DNA of 64,000 nt from an uncultured Chthonomonadaceae bacterium (GTDB lineage Bacteria > Armatimonadota > Chthonomonadetes > Chthonomonadales > Chthonomonadaceae). Below, in pieces: positions 42,355 through 52,725 of this stretch (position 1 is the first letter of the stretch; each line of letters begins with the position of its first letter). The stretch is from NCBI GenBank assembly GCA_963817895.1, contig CAWFQB010000010.1, positions 96,001-160,000 of the forward strand, written 5' to 3'. A model generated the notes under the pieces. The model did not search any database, was not told the origin of the DNA, and was given only the letters and a program-made list of their open reading frames with translations. A program made the position numbers and the translations under genes.

Positions 42355-44321
42355 ATGCGGACTCGAACTGTGCTGACATTGTGCTGCCTGCTGTTGACAA
42401 CCCTGTTTGCATGTTTGACGACGCTGACAGCGCATGCCGTAACGACTATCTCGCTTCATGCCAACAAAAGCGCCCTGCTTGCGGATGGCAAGCAGCAGGT
42501 AGAGTTGTTTGTCACCGTTCAGGGCAATCCGGTCAGCAATTCCGAAGTGACGTTTACCACGACAAAAGGCACTCTGCGCGAAAGCCGGGTTCGCTTTTTC
42601 GGAGGCAGCGCGCATACCACGCTGACCAGCGCGCCGATTGCGGGCTATGCCGATGTGACCGCGTTCGTTAATGGAGCCGCCAGCAATACCCTGCGCATCG
42701 AATTTACCGATGATCCCGAAGCCACGTTCGAGGGGAATAACTACATTCTTATCACCGGCAAAGGCTACCTCGCGTATAGCGCCAATGATAAGGTTATTGA
42801 AGCGGAGGGCAAGGACGGGGGAGCGCATCTGGCGTTTCGTAACTATGATTTGACGGCGGACGGATTCAACTGGAGTGCAACGACGTTGCCAACATTCGCG
42901 CCAGCGGCAACATTACGCTGAAGCGCGGCAAAGATGTCATTCATGCCATCAAAATGCACTACAGTCTGCAAAGTGAAGAGGGACAGGCCATCGGCGAACT
43001 GGACGGCAAGGTACAGCCGATTACTGTTACCGGGGCGCATCTGCTCGCCAAAGCCGATCCCGCCCCCGCGCCCTCCTCGCGCTATATCTACCCCGAACTC
43101 TCGGTTAAACTCGTCATTACCGCGCGCAGCATTACGTACTTCCCCGGTGACCGTCTGCAATTCCGCGCGCCCAACTTTTTTCAGGATCAGGCTAAAATCC
43201 TGACGCTGCCCTACTATGAAATCGGGCTGAACTCGGATGAGTTGTTCTCGGATCATTTTGTCAGCGTCGGCACAAACGGCTTTGGCCTGGAAGTGCCGTT
43301 TTACTACAATCTTTCGCCGCGCGGGTCGGGCATCGCGTACCTTCGGCATGGACAGCAGATTGGACGCAGTTACTTCGCCACAGATCCCGGCTGGGCAGTG
43401 GATGTGATACAGGGGTATAACTCGCAGGGAGACAAGCACGTCGAGGGCGCGTATGGCTTTACGGGCCTACTGCGCGGCGACTGGGGATTCCGCTGGACGC
43501 ACAATCAGGAATTCAATCCCTCCACGCAAGGCTCGATGTATATAGATTTCCCGCATCACGACAGCGTGTATGCTAATACCAGCCTTTCCAAGCAGACCAA
43601 TACCATGCGCTTTGGCATCAACGCGACGGAGGGGCAGTCGTTTACCAGCGACGGCGAAAACACCTTCCATAACGACGCTTACGCGGAAACTCTGCCGCAC
43701 CGACTGTTCGGTTCCAAAGACGTGCAGTATGTGTTCGGAGGCAGTTTCAATACCAGCCACCTGACCAGCCACTTGACAACCGTGCCGGGTATCAGCGATA
43801 CGTCCGAACAGGTGACGATGCGCGCCTTTACCCGTCCTCTGAAACTGGACACGCGCACCACGCTGACCAACAGTTTCACGTTCGGGCAATTGTGGAACGG
43901 ACGCGCCAATACCGGGTTGCTTGGCCTGGCAACCATGTCCCTGGACCATACAGTCAAGGGCGGCGGCTCCATCAACCTGACCTATGATTATCTAACGCGC
44001 CCGCAAAGTTCGCTGGATACAGGCGGCAAGCACCGCATGAGCCTGAACTTCAATGTCGCGAATACCAAAAAGTTCCAGATGTCCATTTTTGGCAGCACGT
44101 TTCTGGATGCGCAGGACACCAGCGTTCTGGCGGATGCCGCGTACCGTTTGAACAGCAACTGGCGGCTGCTGACTTCGGCCACGCTCCAGCGCTTCGAGGG
44201 GCAAAGCTACAGCGACCTGGAATTCACTCTGGGTCGGCGTATCGGCGCGCGAGAACTGCAACTGACCTACTCCACGTTCAACCATCGCATCTCTTTCGAC
44301 CTGACGGCGACACGATTTTAG
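42355..44321 (+). CDS. outer-membrane beta-barrel protein, LptD-like, with an N-terminal invasin-type Ig (Big_1) domain (frameshift near 42865)
   Basis: Signal ending AHA; LLADGKQQV..FVTV.GNPV....VTFTT..G.L; KILTLPYY and G.GLEVPFYYNL (LptD-like); alternating aromatic beta strands; terminal Phe (FDLTATRF). Confidence 0.65.
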
Positions 44322-44359
44322 TGGTTGGTGACTGGCGATTGGTTCAACGTAATGAATAC

Positions 44360-44396
44360 ATCCCTGACAGAGTTCTTCTGTCAGGGATATACTTTT
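44360..44396 (+). terminator. intrinsic terminator closing the exported-protein cluster
   Basis: ATCCCTGACAGA-gttct-TCTGTCAGGGAT followed by ATACTTTT. Confidence 0.7.
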
Positions 44397-44597
44397 GTTG
44401 GCGCAAAAAGAAAAACAAACATCCGGTAGGTTTGCGTGTACAGATTTACACAGGGGCGTGGAAAAACCCTGATGGAGGGCGTTTACGCGCGGCAGTCTCT
44501 TTTCCGGGAGGGCTGTTGTGGGTGTTTATGCAGACGGCAGAGGGCCGACGACACGCATAAATGCGCTGAGAGGCACCAGCGCAGACGGTTTCCGAAA

Positions 44598-44660
44598 AGT
44601 GAGAGTGGAGAGTGAGAGTGAGAGAACATGCGTCTTTACTCTCACTCTCCACTCTCACTT
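44598..44660. repeat. inverted hexamer array (GAGAGT)n / (ACTCTC)n
   Basis: Immediately downstream of the leuD stop codon. Confidence 0.85.
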
Positions 44661-45273
44661 ATACTGCTACTCCCCGTTTCCATGCGGGACGCCGCGCTTC
44701 AAACGCGCCAATATCCGCTACGCGCTGAAGCGACAGGCCGATGTCATCCAGCCCGTTGAGCAGGCAGTGACGGCGGAAACTGTCCACTTCAAAATGCTCT
44801 TCAAACCCCTGCGCGTCGGAAATCGTCTGCTTTTCCAGATCAATAGTCATTTGATAGCCCGGATTGGCTTTCGCTGTTTCCAGCAGCGCGTTGACAGTGG
44901 CTTCCGGCAACACGATGGGCAAAATGCCGTTCTTGAAGCAGTTGTTGTAGAAAATGTCGGCGTAGGAGGGGGCGAGTATGGCGCGGAAGCCATACTCCTG
45001 CAAGGCCCAGGGCGCGTGTTCCCGCGACGAACCGCAGCCGAAGTTCTTGCCCGCAATCAGAATGGACGCTCCCTGCAAAGTGGGCGCGTTCAGTTCAAAC
45101 TCCGGGTTGGGCGTTTTGCCGTCCTCCCGATAGCGCCAGTCAAAGAACAGAAATTGCCCGAAGCCCGTCCGCTCAATCCGCTTGAGAAACTGCTTGGGAA
45201 TGATCTGATCGGTATCCACATTGACGCGATCCAAAGCCGCGGCGATTCCCGTCAACCGTATAAATGCTTCCAT
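44659..45273 (-). CDS. leuD: 3-isopropylmalate dehydratase small subunit
   Basis: [50 protein letters not shown]. Confidence 0.97.
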   Translation of the reverse strand: MEAFIRLTGIAAALDRVNVDTDQIIPKQFLKRIERTGFGQFLFFDWRYREDGKTPNPEFELNAPTLQGASILIAGKNFGCGSSREHAPWALQEYGFRAILAPSYADIFYNNCFKNGILPIVLPEATVNALLETAKANPGYQMTIDLEKQTISDAQGFEEHFEVDSFRRHCLLNGLDDIGLSLQRVADIGAFEARRPAWKRGVAV

Positions 45274-45295
45274 ACTGAAGTTATCCTTAGAGGTA

Positions 45296-45967
45296 TTAGG
45301 CAGCGCGGCGTTGTTGCTTCAACAAACGACGCGCAATGTTTTGAGCCTGATCGAACGTTGCAACCGTAAGATTGCTGGCGATATGTCCGTGAGCGGCTTG
45401 ATTGCGCGCGGATAGGATGCTCATAAGAACATCGTAGTTATCACGACCAAGATTGCCTTCGGACACGAGTCTGGTAATCAGGGTGGCAGGAGTATCACCA
45501 GAGGACTCCAGGTTACACTTTTGCGCCAACTTGCGCAGAAGCGCTTCCAGGGCTTGCCAGGTGACAACCAGGGCGCTGTCCAATAAACTGTTTTGAGCAA
45601 GTTGATTGCCGGCTTCCAGGCGTTTCTCAATATCTTCGTTGGTAAGCAGAGGCTGAAAGCCGTTGAGCAATTCCTCCTCCCGCAATTTCCGAACAACAAT
45701 CTGTAATTGCCAATTCGGATTGGCGGCAATAGCGTGTCTCAAATGCTGCCAGTATTCTTTGCCTCGTACGTCTCCTTTGCGCCTGACTTCCACGTAGAGA
45801 TATGTGTTTTGAGGCATTGCTACGATTAAATCCGGTTGGAATTCCTGTAAAGAGGAAGGCATTTTCTCTTTATCGGGTTGGATTTCGACACCGAAATCTT
45901 TTTGTCTGTACGACTCGGCGACCTCACGCACCAACTGTTGATGCGCCTGTTCAGTAGCAGTAGACAT
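45296..45967 (-). CDS. restriction-endonuclease-like domain fused to a HEPN-like domain
   Basis: N-terminal [13 protein letters not shown]......L..FQPDLIV...YVEVR (PD-(D/E)xK-like); C-terminal [15 protein letters not shown]...RNQAAHG (RxxxxH). Confidence 0.6.
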   Translation of the reverse strand: MSTATEQAHQQLVREVAESYRQKDFGVEIQPDKEKMPSSLQEFQPDLIVAMPQNTYLYVEVRRKGDVRGKEYWQHLRHAIAANPNWQLQIVVRKLREEELLNGFQPLLTNEDIEKRLEAGNQLAQNSLLDSALVVTWQALEALLRKLAQKCNLESSGDTPATLITRLVSEGNLGRDNYDVLMSILSARNQAAHGHIASNLTVATFDQAQNIARRLLKQQRRAA

Positions 45968-45971
45968 TAGA

Positions 45972-46443
45972 CTAAATCTCCTCACTTTCCCAGGTAAGCA
46001 CGAGATGCAGAAACTCATCGAATTTAGCAATAGCATCGGTAACAAGGTCAGAAGGCAACTTGAAATCAGCGCTTCTCAGATCAATACGTTCGCTGGTAAT
46101 CTTGTAAATCAACGCATCATCTTTGTAAATGCGCTTGTAAGTGTTGGCAATCTCTCGCTGATTTCTGTTTGATAGTAGGGGAGGTTCGTTCGCGTTTAGG
46201 CCGTCGAGCGTCCATTTAAGAACATTATCCACATCGTAGAGAACATCTCTACAATACGTCGTCACGTAGACTTCCATTGCAGCCGTAACAGGCAGTGCAT
46301 CGCGGGAACGTCCTTCTGCTATCCATTGCCTGTAGGCAGCAACTCCGACCGCCTGCTTCCTTTCCGTTTTACGCTTTGAGTTATCATTATTTGCTGTACA
46401 GGGAGGGCCTTCAACAACAAAATTCGAATCTGTTTTGCGGCAT
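45972..46443 (-). CDS. RusA-family endodeoxyribonuclease (homopolymer frameshift near 46420)
   Basis: With one T removed the frame reads MPQNRFEFVVEGPP...; acidic catalytic pattern DVDNVLKWTLDGL...IYKDDALI. Confidence 0.7.
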
Positions 46444-46481
46444 TACAGGTTAGTGGCCCTCCTTAAAAGTTGACTTTGCTG

Positions 46482-47918
46482 TTAATTCTTTTTCCAGTCC
46501 CGAATGTCTACTAAATGACCGGCGATGGCGGCGGCGGCGGCCATTTGTGGGCTGACGAGATGGGTGCGCCCCCCCTTGCCCTGCCGCCCCTCGAAGTTGC
46601 GGTTGGACGTGGACGCGCAGCGCTCTCCCGGCTGCAAAATGTCGGGGTTCATTCCCAGACACATGGAACAGCCCGCTTCGCGCCAGTCGAAACCGGCGGC
46701 CTTGAAAATCACATCCAATCCCTCCGCTTCGGCCTGTAGTTTCACCTGCGCGGAACCCGGCACGACAAGGGCGTGAACGCGGGAATTTACATGCTGTCCC
46801 TGCGCAATCGCCGCCGCCGCCCGCAAATCTTCAATGCGTCCGTTAGTGCAGGAGCCGATGAACACTTTGTCCAGTTGCAGGGATTGCAGCGGCATACCCG
46901 GCTCCAGCCCCATGTATTCCAGAGCGCGGCGCGTGGCGCGTTGTTCGGCCTCGCTTTCGAGAGCGTCCGGGGTGGGAACCAAATCGGTAATCGGCAGCAC
47001 CATGCCCGGACTGGTTCCCCACGACACGTAAGGCGCTATTTCTCCCGCGTTCAGGACGATGGTTGTATCATAAACCGCGCCCTCATCTGAAGGCAACTGC
47101 TTCCATTCAGCAAGCGCGGCTTCCCACTCCGCGCCCCGCGGCGCGAACGGACGGCCTTTCAGATATTCGTAAGTCTTCACATCCGGCGCAATCATACCCG
47201 CACGCGCTCCCGCTTCGATGCTCATATTGCACACAGTCATGCGGCCCTCCATCGAAAGCCTGCAAATCGCTTCACCCGTGTATTCCACCGCGTAGCCCGT
47301 CGCGCCATCCGTGCCGATTTTGCCGATGATGGCGAGAATAATGTCTTTGGCCGTGACGCCGCTGCCCAACTGCCCGTCCACGCGGATTTCCATGGTTTTC
47401 GGGCGCGACTGCGGCAGGCACTGGGTGGCGAGAACATGTTCCACTTCGCTGGTTCCGATTCCGAAGGCGAGCGCGCCGAACGCGCCGTGTGTGCTGGTAT
47501 GGCTGTCGCCGCAAACAATGGTCAATCCGGGCTGCGTCAGTCCCAATTCCGGGCCGATGACGTGAACGATGCCCTGTCGTTTGTCGTGGATGTCGTAAAG
47601 CGTGATGCCGAACTCGTTGCAGTTGCGGGCCAGCGCGTCCATCTGGCGGCGCGAAATATCGTCAGCGATGGGAAGGGAACGGTCGGTCGTCGGCACGTTA
47701 TGATCCATTGTGGCGACCGTCAGTTCGGGGCGGCGGACGCTGCGCCCTGTCAGGCGCAGGCCATCGAACGCCTGCGGACTGGTCACTTCATGGACAAGAT
47801 GCAGGTCAATGTAAAGCAGGGCGGGCTGTCCCGCCTCCTGTGTGACGACATGCGCTTCCCAAATCTTCTCGAACATGGTTTTGGGGGCTTGATACGGCGA
47901 GGTTGTAGATACTGTCAT
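46482..47918 (-). CDS. leuC: 3-isopropylmalate dehydratase large subunit
   Basis: [65 protein letters not shown]. Confidence 0.98.
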   Translation of the reverse strand: MTVSTTSPYQAPKTMFEKIWEAHVVTQEAGQPALLYIDLHLVHEVTSPQAFDGLRLTGRSVRRPELTVATMDHNVPTTDRSLPIADDISRRQMDALARNCNEFGITLYDIHDKRQGIVHVIGPELGLTQPGLTIVCGDSHTSTHGAFGALAFGIGTSEVEHVLATQCLPQSRPKTMEIRVDGQLGSGVTAKDIILAIIGKIGTDGATGYAVEYTGEAICRLSMEGRMTVCNMSIEAGARAGMIAPDVKTYEYLKGRPFAPRGAEWEAALAEWKQLPSDEGAVYDTTIVLNAGEIAPYVSWGTSPGMVLPITDLVPTPDALESEAEQRATRRALEYMGLEPGMPLQSLQLDKVFIGSCTNGRIEDLRAAAAIAQGQHVNSRVHALVVPGSAQVKLQAEAEGLDVIFKAAGFDWREAGCSMCLGMNPDILQPGERCASTSNRNFEGRQGKGGRTHLVSPQMAAAAAIAGHLVDIRDWKKN

Positions 47919-47951
47919 AGTAAAAAAGACTCCTGTCAGGGTTGTACTCCT

Positions 47952-47981
47952 ATTATAACCCTTCTTGCAGGACTGGCGCAA
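47952..47981 (-). promoter_or_regulatory. putative sigma70 promoter of leuC
   Basis: Minus strand TTGCGC, 18 nt, TATAAT. Confidence 0.5.
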
Positions 47982-48183
47982 ACTATTGGGTCAATTCATC
48001 GCGCAGGCAATCGTTAATGAGAGTAAGGAGCTTCTGCTTACCGAACGGGCAAGCGCGGTGTAACCACTATGAACTCGTATCAGCGGCAACAAATGTCAGT
48101 GTGAAGCGTATACCCATTAGTATCAGCCTGTGCAGAGATTTTTGCGACGAGTCTGCATTTTGCTGTGAAAGGACTTATGAGAT

Positions 48184-48999
48184 ATGAACCGACGAATTTT
48201 TATACGCTCGCTTGTGGGAACGGGATTGCTCGCGTTGACTGCGGCGGGAGTGAGCGCGCGGCAGGAACCCAATGCCAGCCAACCCACGCCCGGCGCTGCT
48301 CCCATGGCGATGGTACGCATTATTCACGCTTCCCCGGATGCCCCCGCTGTGGATGTTTTGATGGATGGCAACAAGGTTCTGGAAGCCGTGCCGTACAAGC
48401 GGGTTTCTGATTACCTGCCCGTAGCAGCAGGCAAACATATCGTGAAAGTGGTGGCGGCGGGCAGCGACAACGCCGTGATAGATACCACGCTGAATTTCAA
48501 GTCCGGCGTCAACTACACCGCGCTTGCGATTGGCAAAGCCTCCGATAAGAGCATCAAATCGCTGGTACTGGAAGACGTGACGCCGACCACGCCCAAAGGC
48601 AAGGCGCGCGTTCGCGTGATTTACGCTATTCCCGACGGCCCGCCGGTTGATCTGGTGATTCCCGGCGACGCGACCAAAAAGGGATCGCCCAAATACATCG
48701 CCAAAAACCTGAAAACGGGAACGGCAACCGCGTACTTGACGGTTCCGACCGGCCCCTACGATGTGGAAGTGCGCCCCGCGGGAATGAGCAACGTGGTCAA
48801 AAAGGTGAGCGTCACGGTTGCGAGTGGAACGGCTTACTCGGTCGTCACCTTCGGACTGGTCAGCGACTCGGCCAACATTGACGTGCAGCCTTTGACAGAC
48901 AAGACCCTGTCCGCTAAAAAGATAAACAAAGACCACACGCCTAATATTGATCCCAAAGGCCGTCCCATTGATTCGACGCCCGTGCCGCCAAAGTTCTAA
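48184..48999 (+). CDS. DUF4397 domain protein with a Tat-like signal
   Basis: MNRRIFIRSL; VRIIHASPDAPAVDV...SDYLPV.AG; second repeat VRVIYAIPDGPPVDL...YLTVPTG.Y. Confidence 0.85.
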   Translation: MNRRIFIRSLVGTGLLALTAAGVSARQEPNASQPTPGAAPMAMVRIIHASPDAPAVDVLMDGNKVLEAVPYKRVSDYLPVAAGKHIVKVVAAGSDNAVIDTTLNFKSGVNYTALAIGKASDKSIKSLVLEDVTPTTPKGKARVRVIYAIPDGPPVDLVIPGDATKKGSPKYIAKNLKTGTATAYLTVPTGPYDVEVRPAGMSNVVKKVSVTVASGTAYSVVTFGLVSDSANIDVQPLTDKTLSAKKINKDHTPNIDPKGRPIDSTPVPPKF

Positions 49000-49179
49000 C
49001 GGGCTGGCAGTAACTCCGTCGGAACCGGAAAGTGCAGGGCAAACGCATCTAAAATTGTGAACAGCTATCAAGGCCGTCGTTGGAGTAAACTAAAGCCTCC
49101 TTTTTCTGGAGGCTTGTATGCTTCCGGCGCATGGCGTCTTGAGTATGATGACCGAGTAGTTGCGCTTCGCAGGCGGCGG

Positions 49180-49491
49180 TTTGTTCGCGCCAATTCCACG
49201 CTTTGTAGAGGAGGTCGCGTTGGCGATAGGTTCGGGCGGAGTGCCTGCCAGAGCCGCCACAAGACGCTCGGCAGCCCGATATTCGCCGCAATCCAACGCT
49301 AACGTTGCCGCGCTGCGATGCAATACAGAGCGCGTCGGTTCCGTCTGCGCCTGTTCCGCCGCCTGCTTTTCCAGTGCAAAAGCGCGATAAGCCAGAGAAC
49401 GCGCGGCGGCGAGATCGTTGTGCTGTCGAGCAATAAACGCCTGCTCCGCCAACTCCATTGCCTGCCGATGCTGTTCGTTAAGACTACTCAT
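49180..49491 (-). CDS. small helical hypothetical protein (3' end frameshifted)
   Basis: GGAG before ATG; HRQAMELAEQAF...AFALEKQAA...EPTRSVLHRSAATLALDCGE...PPEPIA; the RDLLYK tail lies in another frame, so the end is uncertain. Confidence 0.55.
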
Positions 49492-49732
49492 CTCGCTCCA
49501 TCCATGCTTGTGGCGTATGAAACTCCACAACGATAATATACGCCGAGTATGCGCCTGTGAAACGAGCGCAGAGGATAGCGCAACATCACCCGTGCAATTT
49601 CTTCAATCTGAGATCACAACATCTACGCTACAGGTAATTTCGCTATATACAACCTCCATAAAAAGTAAGTGGCTGTTATCAAGGCGAGGAACAGCAGTAT
49701 TTTAGGCTGTTCAAGTTCATTCGTCGTCGTAT

Positions 49733-50017
49733 TTAGAGCGCTGTATGTGGATAGTTTCTTGTGGGTTGTTTAAAAATTCTATCAGTTCTTTTATGACAAT
49801 TAAGTCCATCTCTCTGACCACTTTGTACATTCGTCACGACATGAGTAATCCCGGGATATTGCCTCTCCCAAAGGTTATTGGGGTCAAGCAGAGAAGTAAT
49901 CTTGTAACTTCCTTGATAATCGCTTCCGGTTTCCCATACAACCACTAAACCCAAGTCTTTGGGATTCTTATCTCCATTGCCGATGTCTTCAATCAATGCA
50001 TCTAGTGCAGACGGCAA
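49733..50017 (-). pseudogene. AT-rich gene remnant of unknown family
   Basis: Protein-like stretch LDALIEDIGNGDKNPKDLGLVVVWETG...YPGITH with no credible start or upstream domains. Confidence 0.35.
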
Positions 50018-50186
50018 AAGTGCATGTCATGATGGTCTTACCCTTACTGCCTGATAGCTCTGTCCACAGAATTCGCAGGAAGTGCTTTCGATTGTCGGGA
50101 ACGTTTGCGCCGATTTACTACAGCAGCTAGAAGATTCCGGACGCGCTGGTTGCGCTCGGAATCTTCATCGCCCGAATGCGGGCCAA

Positions 50187-51959
50187 TTACTTCGCGGTGG
50201 GGCTGATGTCGGTGAAGGGAATAGTGGGCGAGCCTATCATCGGCGGCCTGCCGTCCCAGCGCTCTATCGCCATTTTTTGCAGTTCCAGACGTTTCAGTTC
50301 CACCATTTTGTCGTTGCCCTGCTGCAACAGCCGGTTGAGTTCCGCCTGCTTGCTGGCATTAGTCAGCGAGGTTTTAGCTTCAATGTCCGCCCGCTGCCGC
50401 TCGTTCTTCGCCAGTTCGAGTTGGTTTTTCAGCGTGATGCGCTCCTCGATTTTCCGCTTTACTTCCTCGTTGGGATACACTTCCCCGATGTACACGTCGT
50501 CTACAGTTATGCCCCATCCGAGCAGCAGGGGCGCAATCGCCTTTTTCACATCCGGCCCGAACTGCGCCCGTTCTTTGGACGACAGATCGAAAATAGATTT
50601 TGTGCCGGAAACCGTGTTGACGCCGTAGATGGTCGTCCAGCGGATGAACTTGCGCTGAATCACGCCCAAATTTTCCGTGCCGAAATTGTTGAACGCTTTC
50701 AGCACGTCTTCGGGCGCGACGTGGTAGGCGACGGTTATATCAACGGGCAAAATCGCGCCTTCCGATGTGCTTGCCGGGATGCTGTCATCGCCGTTTTTCT
50801 CGCCCTCATGCGCGCTTTTGACATACGTAGCATTCTTAATGCTTGTCGGATACACGATCAGCTGTTCCCGCCAGCCCATCCAGACCACCTGCGGCTTGAC
50901 CAGTTTCGTCGAAATGCCCGAATTGGCGTTGAACTGGACGCCCACAGACGCGGGCGGAACCTGCCGGGTACAGCCGTTCAGGAGGGGCAAGGCCAGCAGC
51001 GTCAATGCTGCGCCCGCATAATTTCTGCCGTTACTGATTTTCATTGCCGTTGTTCCGCCGGGTTGGCCGTTCGCCGCGCCGCTTGTCATGCCGTTCATCA
51101 TGTCCTGCCCCACGATAATGGTTTGATTGGGTTTGGATTCGAGTACGGGCAATTGTCCGTTCCACTTTTTCAGGGCGGCTTCCGCCACATCGAGTTTGAG
51201 CATCTGGATACTTTTGCCCTGCACCTGCGCCGCGCTCACTTGCCGCGATTGGGCTTCCGCATTTGCCCGCACGAGGGCTGTTTCTTTCTCAATGTCCGCC
51301 AATTGTCCGCGCAGCCGCGAAATTTGCAGTTCCGTCAGCGAGTTGACGCGGGCTGTAATTTTGCTTTGCACTTCGGGCGTGGGATAGCAGCCGCCGAGCA
51401 TCACATTTTCAACGGAAATGCCCTTGCGCGATAATCGGTTTTGCAGCTCTTTCGTAATCAATTCGGAGGCTTCCTGACGCTTCGGCCCCATCAGTTGAAA
51501 CACATCGTACTGCGTTCCGACCACATTCACGGCTTCCTTGACCGCGCGGCGAATATGCTGAACCTGAATATCCTCAATCGGGATCGGGCCGAACTCGTTG
51601 AACACGGTCAGCACGTTCTCCGCCTGAACGCGGTACATCACGACCACATCGAAAACTGTGTTGGCGTTATCGTTCGTGGTGATGAGAATGCCGTCCGCCG
51701 ACCTGTCTTCGCCCTCGTTTACATCCTGCGTGTAAATGGCGGCCTGCAACTGCGTGGGATAGGTGTACAACTGCTGCCGCCAGCCGACGTACACGGCGCG
51801 GGGCTTGATAACATTTTTTTGCAGTCCGCCCTGCGCGTCGTAAATCACGCCGATGTGCCCTGCGGGAATCCATTGCGTCCGCGAATAGACAAACCCCTCG
51901 TACAGCGCAAACACCCCGACGAGGCCGCCGACAATCGCCAATGCGCGTTTAAGCTTCAT
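50187..51959 (-). CDS. two tandem SPFH/band-7 domains (fused in this sequence; possibly two genes, the second starting at 51044)
   Basis: IPAGHIGV..YTYPT and VPPASVGV..IVYPT repeats, each followed by a coiled coil and ..KW.G.LP; internal lipoprotein-like signal ..LLALPLLNGC. Confidence 0.88.
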   Translation of the reverse strand: MKLKRALAIVGGLVGVFALYEGFVYSRTQWIPAGHIGVIYDAQGGLQKNVIKPRAVYVGWRQQLYTYPTQLQAAIYTQDVNEGEDRSADGILITTNDNANTVFDVVVMYRVQAENVLTVFNEFGPIPIEDIQVQHIRRAVKEAVNVVGTQYDVFQLMGPKRQEASELITKELQNRLSRKGISVENVMLGGCYPTPEVQSKITARVNSLTELQISRLRGQLADIEKETALVRANAEAQSRQVSAAQVQGKSIQMLKLDVAEAALKKWNGQLPVLESKPNQTIIVGQDMMNGMTSGAANGQPGGTTAMKISNGRNYAGAALTLLALPLLNGCTRQVPPASVGVQFNANSGISTKLVKPQVVWMGWREQLIVYPTSIKNATYVKSAHEGEKNGDDSIPASTSEGAILPVDITVAYHVAPEDVLKAFNNFGTENLGVIQRKFIRWTTIYGVNTVSGTKSIFDLSSKERAQFGPDVKKAIAPLLLGWGITVDDVYIGEVYPNEEVKRKIEERITLKNQLELAKNERQRADIEAKTSLTNASKQAELNRLLQQGNDKMVELKRLELQKMAIERWDGRPPMIGSPTIPFTDISPTAK

Positions 51960-52392
51960 CGCTGATTTCTTTCTGAACCGATTTGCTGAACCGGTTCTTC
52001 CTCAACCCTGGTTCCGGCGGCTTGCCCGCTGATTCACCTTCCGCCGCTCCGAAATATACGTAGGAATTCTTGTGCGCCGGTTGTGGAACTGTCCGCGCCA
52101 CTTTGCGAGGTGGTTTCCGGCGCTGTAAAATGTCGTCATGGCAATATTCGCGCATTTCCATCTGCGCCTTGCGCCGACACTCCGCTTCCTCACGCTGCTG
52201 CTGTTCCAGTCGCATATCCCGTTCATACCAACGTCGAAAATACGTGGCAATGCGCGGCCAGAACGGTTTTGTTAGAAAGGCAAAACCGGCCAGCGCGATC
52301 AGAACCAATCCCACTGCGGTAAGAAACACCTCTAATGCCGGTCCGATGAGAACCACCTCCTCATACCAAAACCACAGGGTGCGCAACACCAT
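51949..52392 (-). CDS. small membrane protein upstream of the SPFH genes
   Basis: Transmembrane segment VFLTAVGLVLIALAGFAFL followed by a charged coiled coil; overlaps the SPFH start. Confidence 0.55.
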   Translation of the reverse strand: MVLRTLWFWYEEVVLIGPALEVFLTAVGLVLIALAGFAFLTKPFWPRIATYFRRWYERDMRLEQQQREEAECRRKAQMEMREYCHDDILQRRKPPRKVARTVPQPAHKNSYVYFGAAEGESAGKPPEPGLRKNRFSKSVQKEISDEA

Positions 52393-52514
52393 TTACCATA
52401 GACGCGCCAAACCCTTTATCCGCTACCATTTGTTAAAATTAGACGAGCGAGGCCACTCTCCTGCCCGCGCCAACAATGTAAAAGAAATACCCACCGAAAT
52501 TATTCGCGACCATA

Positions 52515-52543
52515 TTGACAATTTTAGAAAAGCCCCCTATAAT
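52515..52543 (+). promoter_or_regulatory. consensus sigma70 promoter of a candidate antisense RNA
   Basis: TTGACA, 17 nt, TATAAT, with no credible ORF directly downstream. Confidence 0.85.
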
Positions 52544-52549
52544 AAAGAT

Positions 52550-52628
52550 GTCCCTGTCGGCAGCGGCCAGCCACCGACAGGAACGCCTATGCTCTAAAGC
52601 ACTTTAGAGCGGCGGCGCTGGCGTTTTC
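52550..52628 (+). ncRNA. candidate ~80-nt antisense sRNA (type I antitoxin-like)
   Basis: Hairpin CCTGTCGG/CCGACAGG, then AACGCC-GCTCTAAAG/CTTTAGAGC-GGCGTT ending in TTTT; overlaps the 3' end of the convergent peptide gene. Confidence 0.6.
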
Positions 52629-52725
52629 GCTGCTGTCGTTTAAGCCAGCGGCACAGCAAGTAAATTGCCGTACCGATGGTGACGACGTTGGCGGCAACAG
52701 CCAGCCAGAACAGGAAGCTTGTCAT
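52594..52725 (-). CDS. 43-aa hydrophobic peptide with a basic tail (type I toxin-like)
   Basis: AAAGGAG Shine-Dalgarno; MTSFLFWLAVAANVVTIGTAIYLLCRWLKRQQRKRQRRRSKVL*. Confidence 0.7.
   Translation of the reverse strand: MTSFLFWLAVAANVVTIGTAIYLLCRWLKRQQRKRQRRRSKVL

Noticed and set aside
44518..45369. 283-aa plus-strand ORF
   Set aside because: Antisense to leuD and begins in a repeat array.
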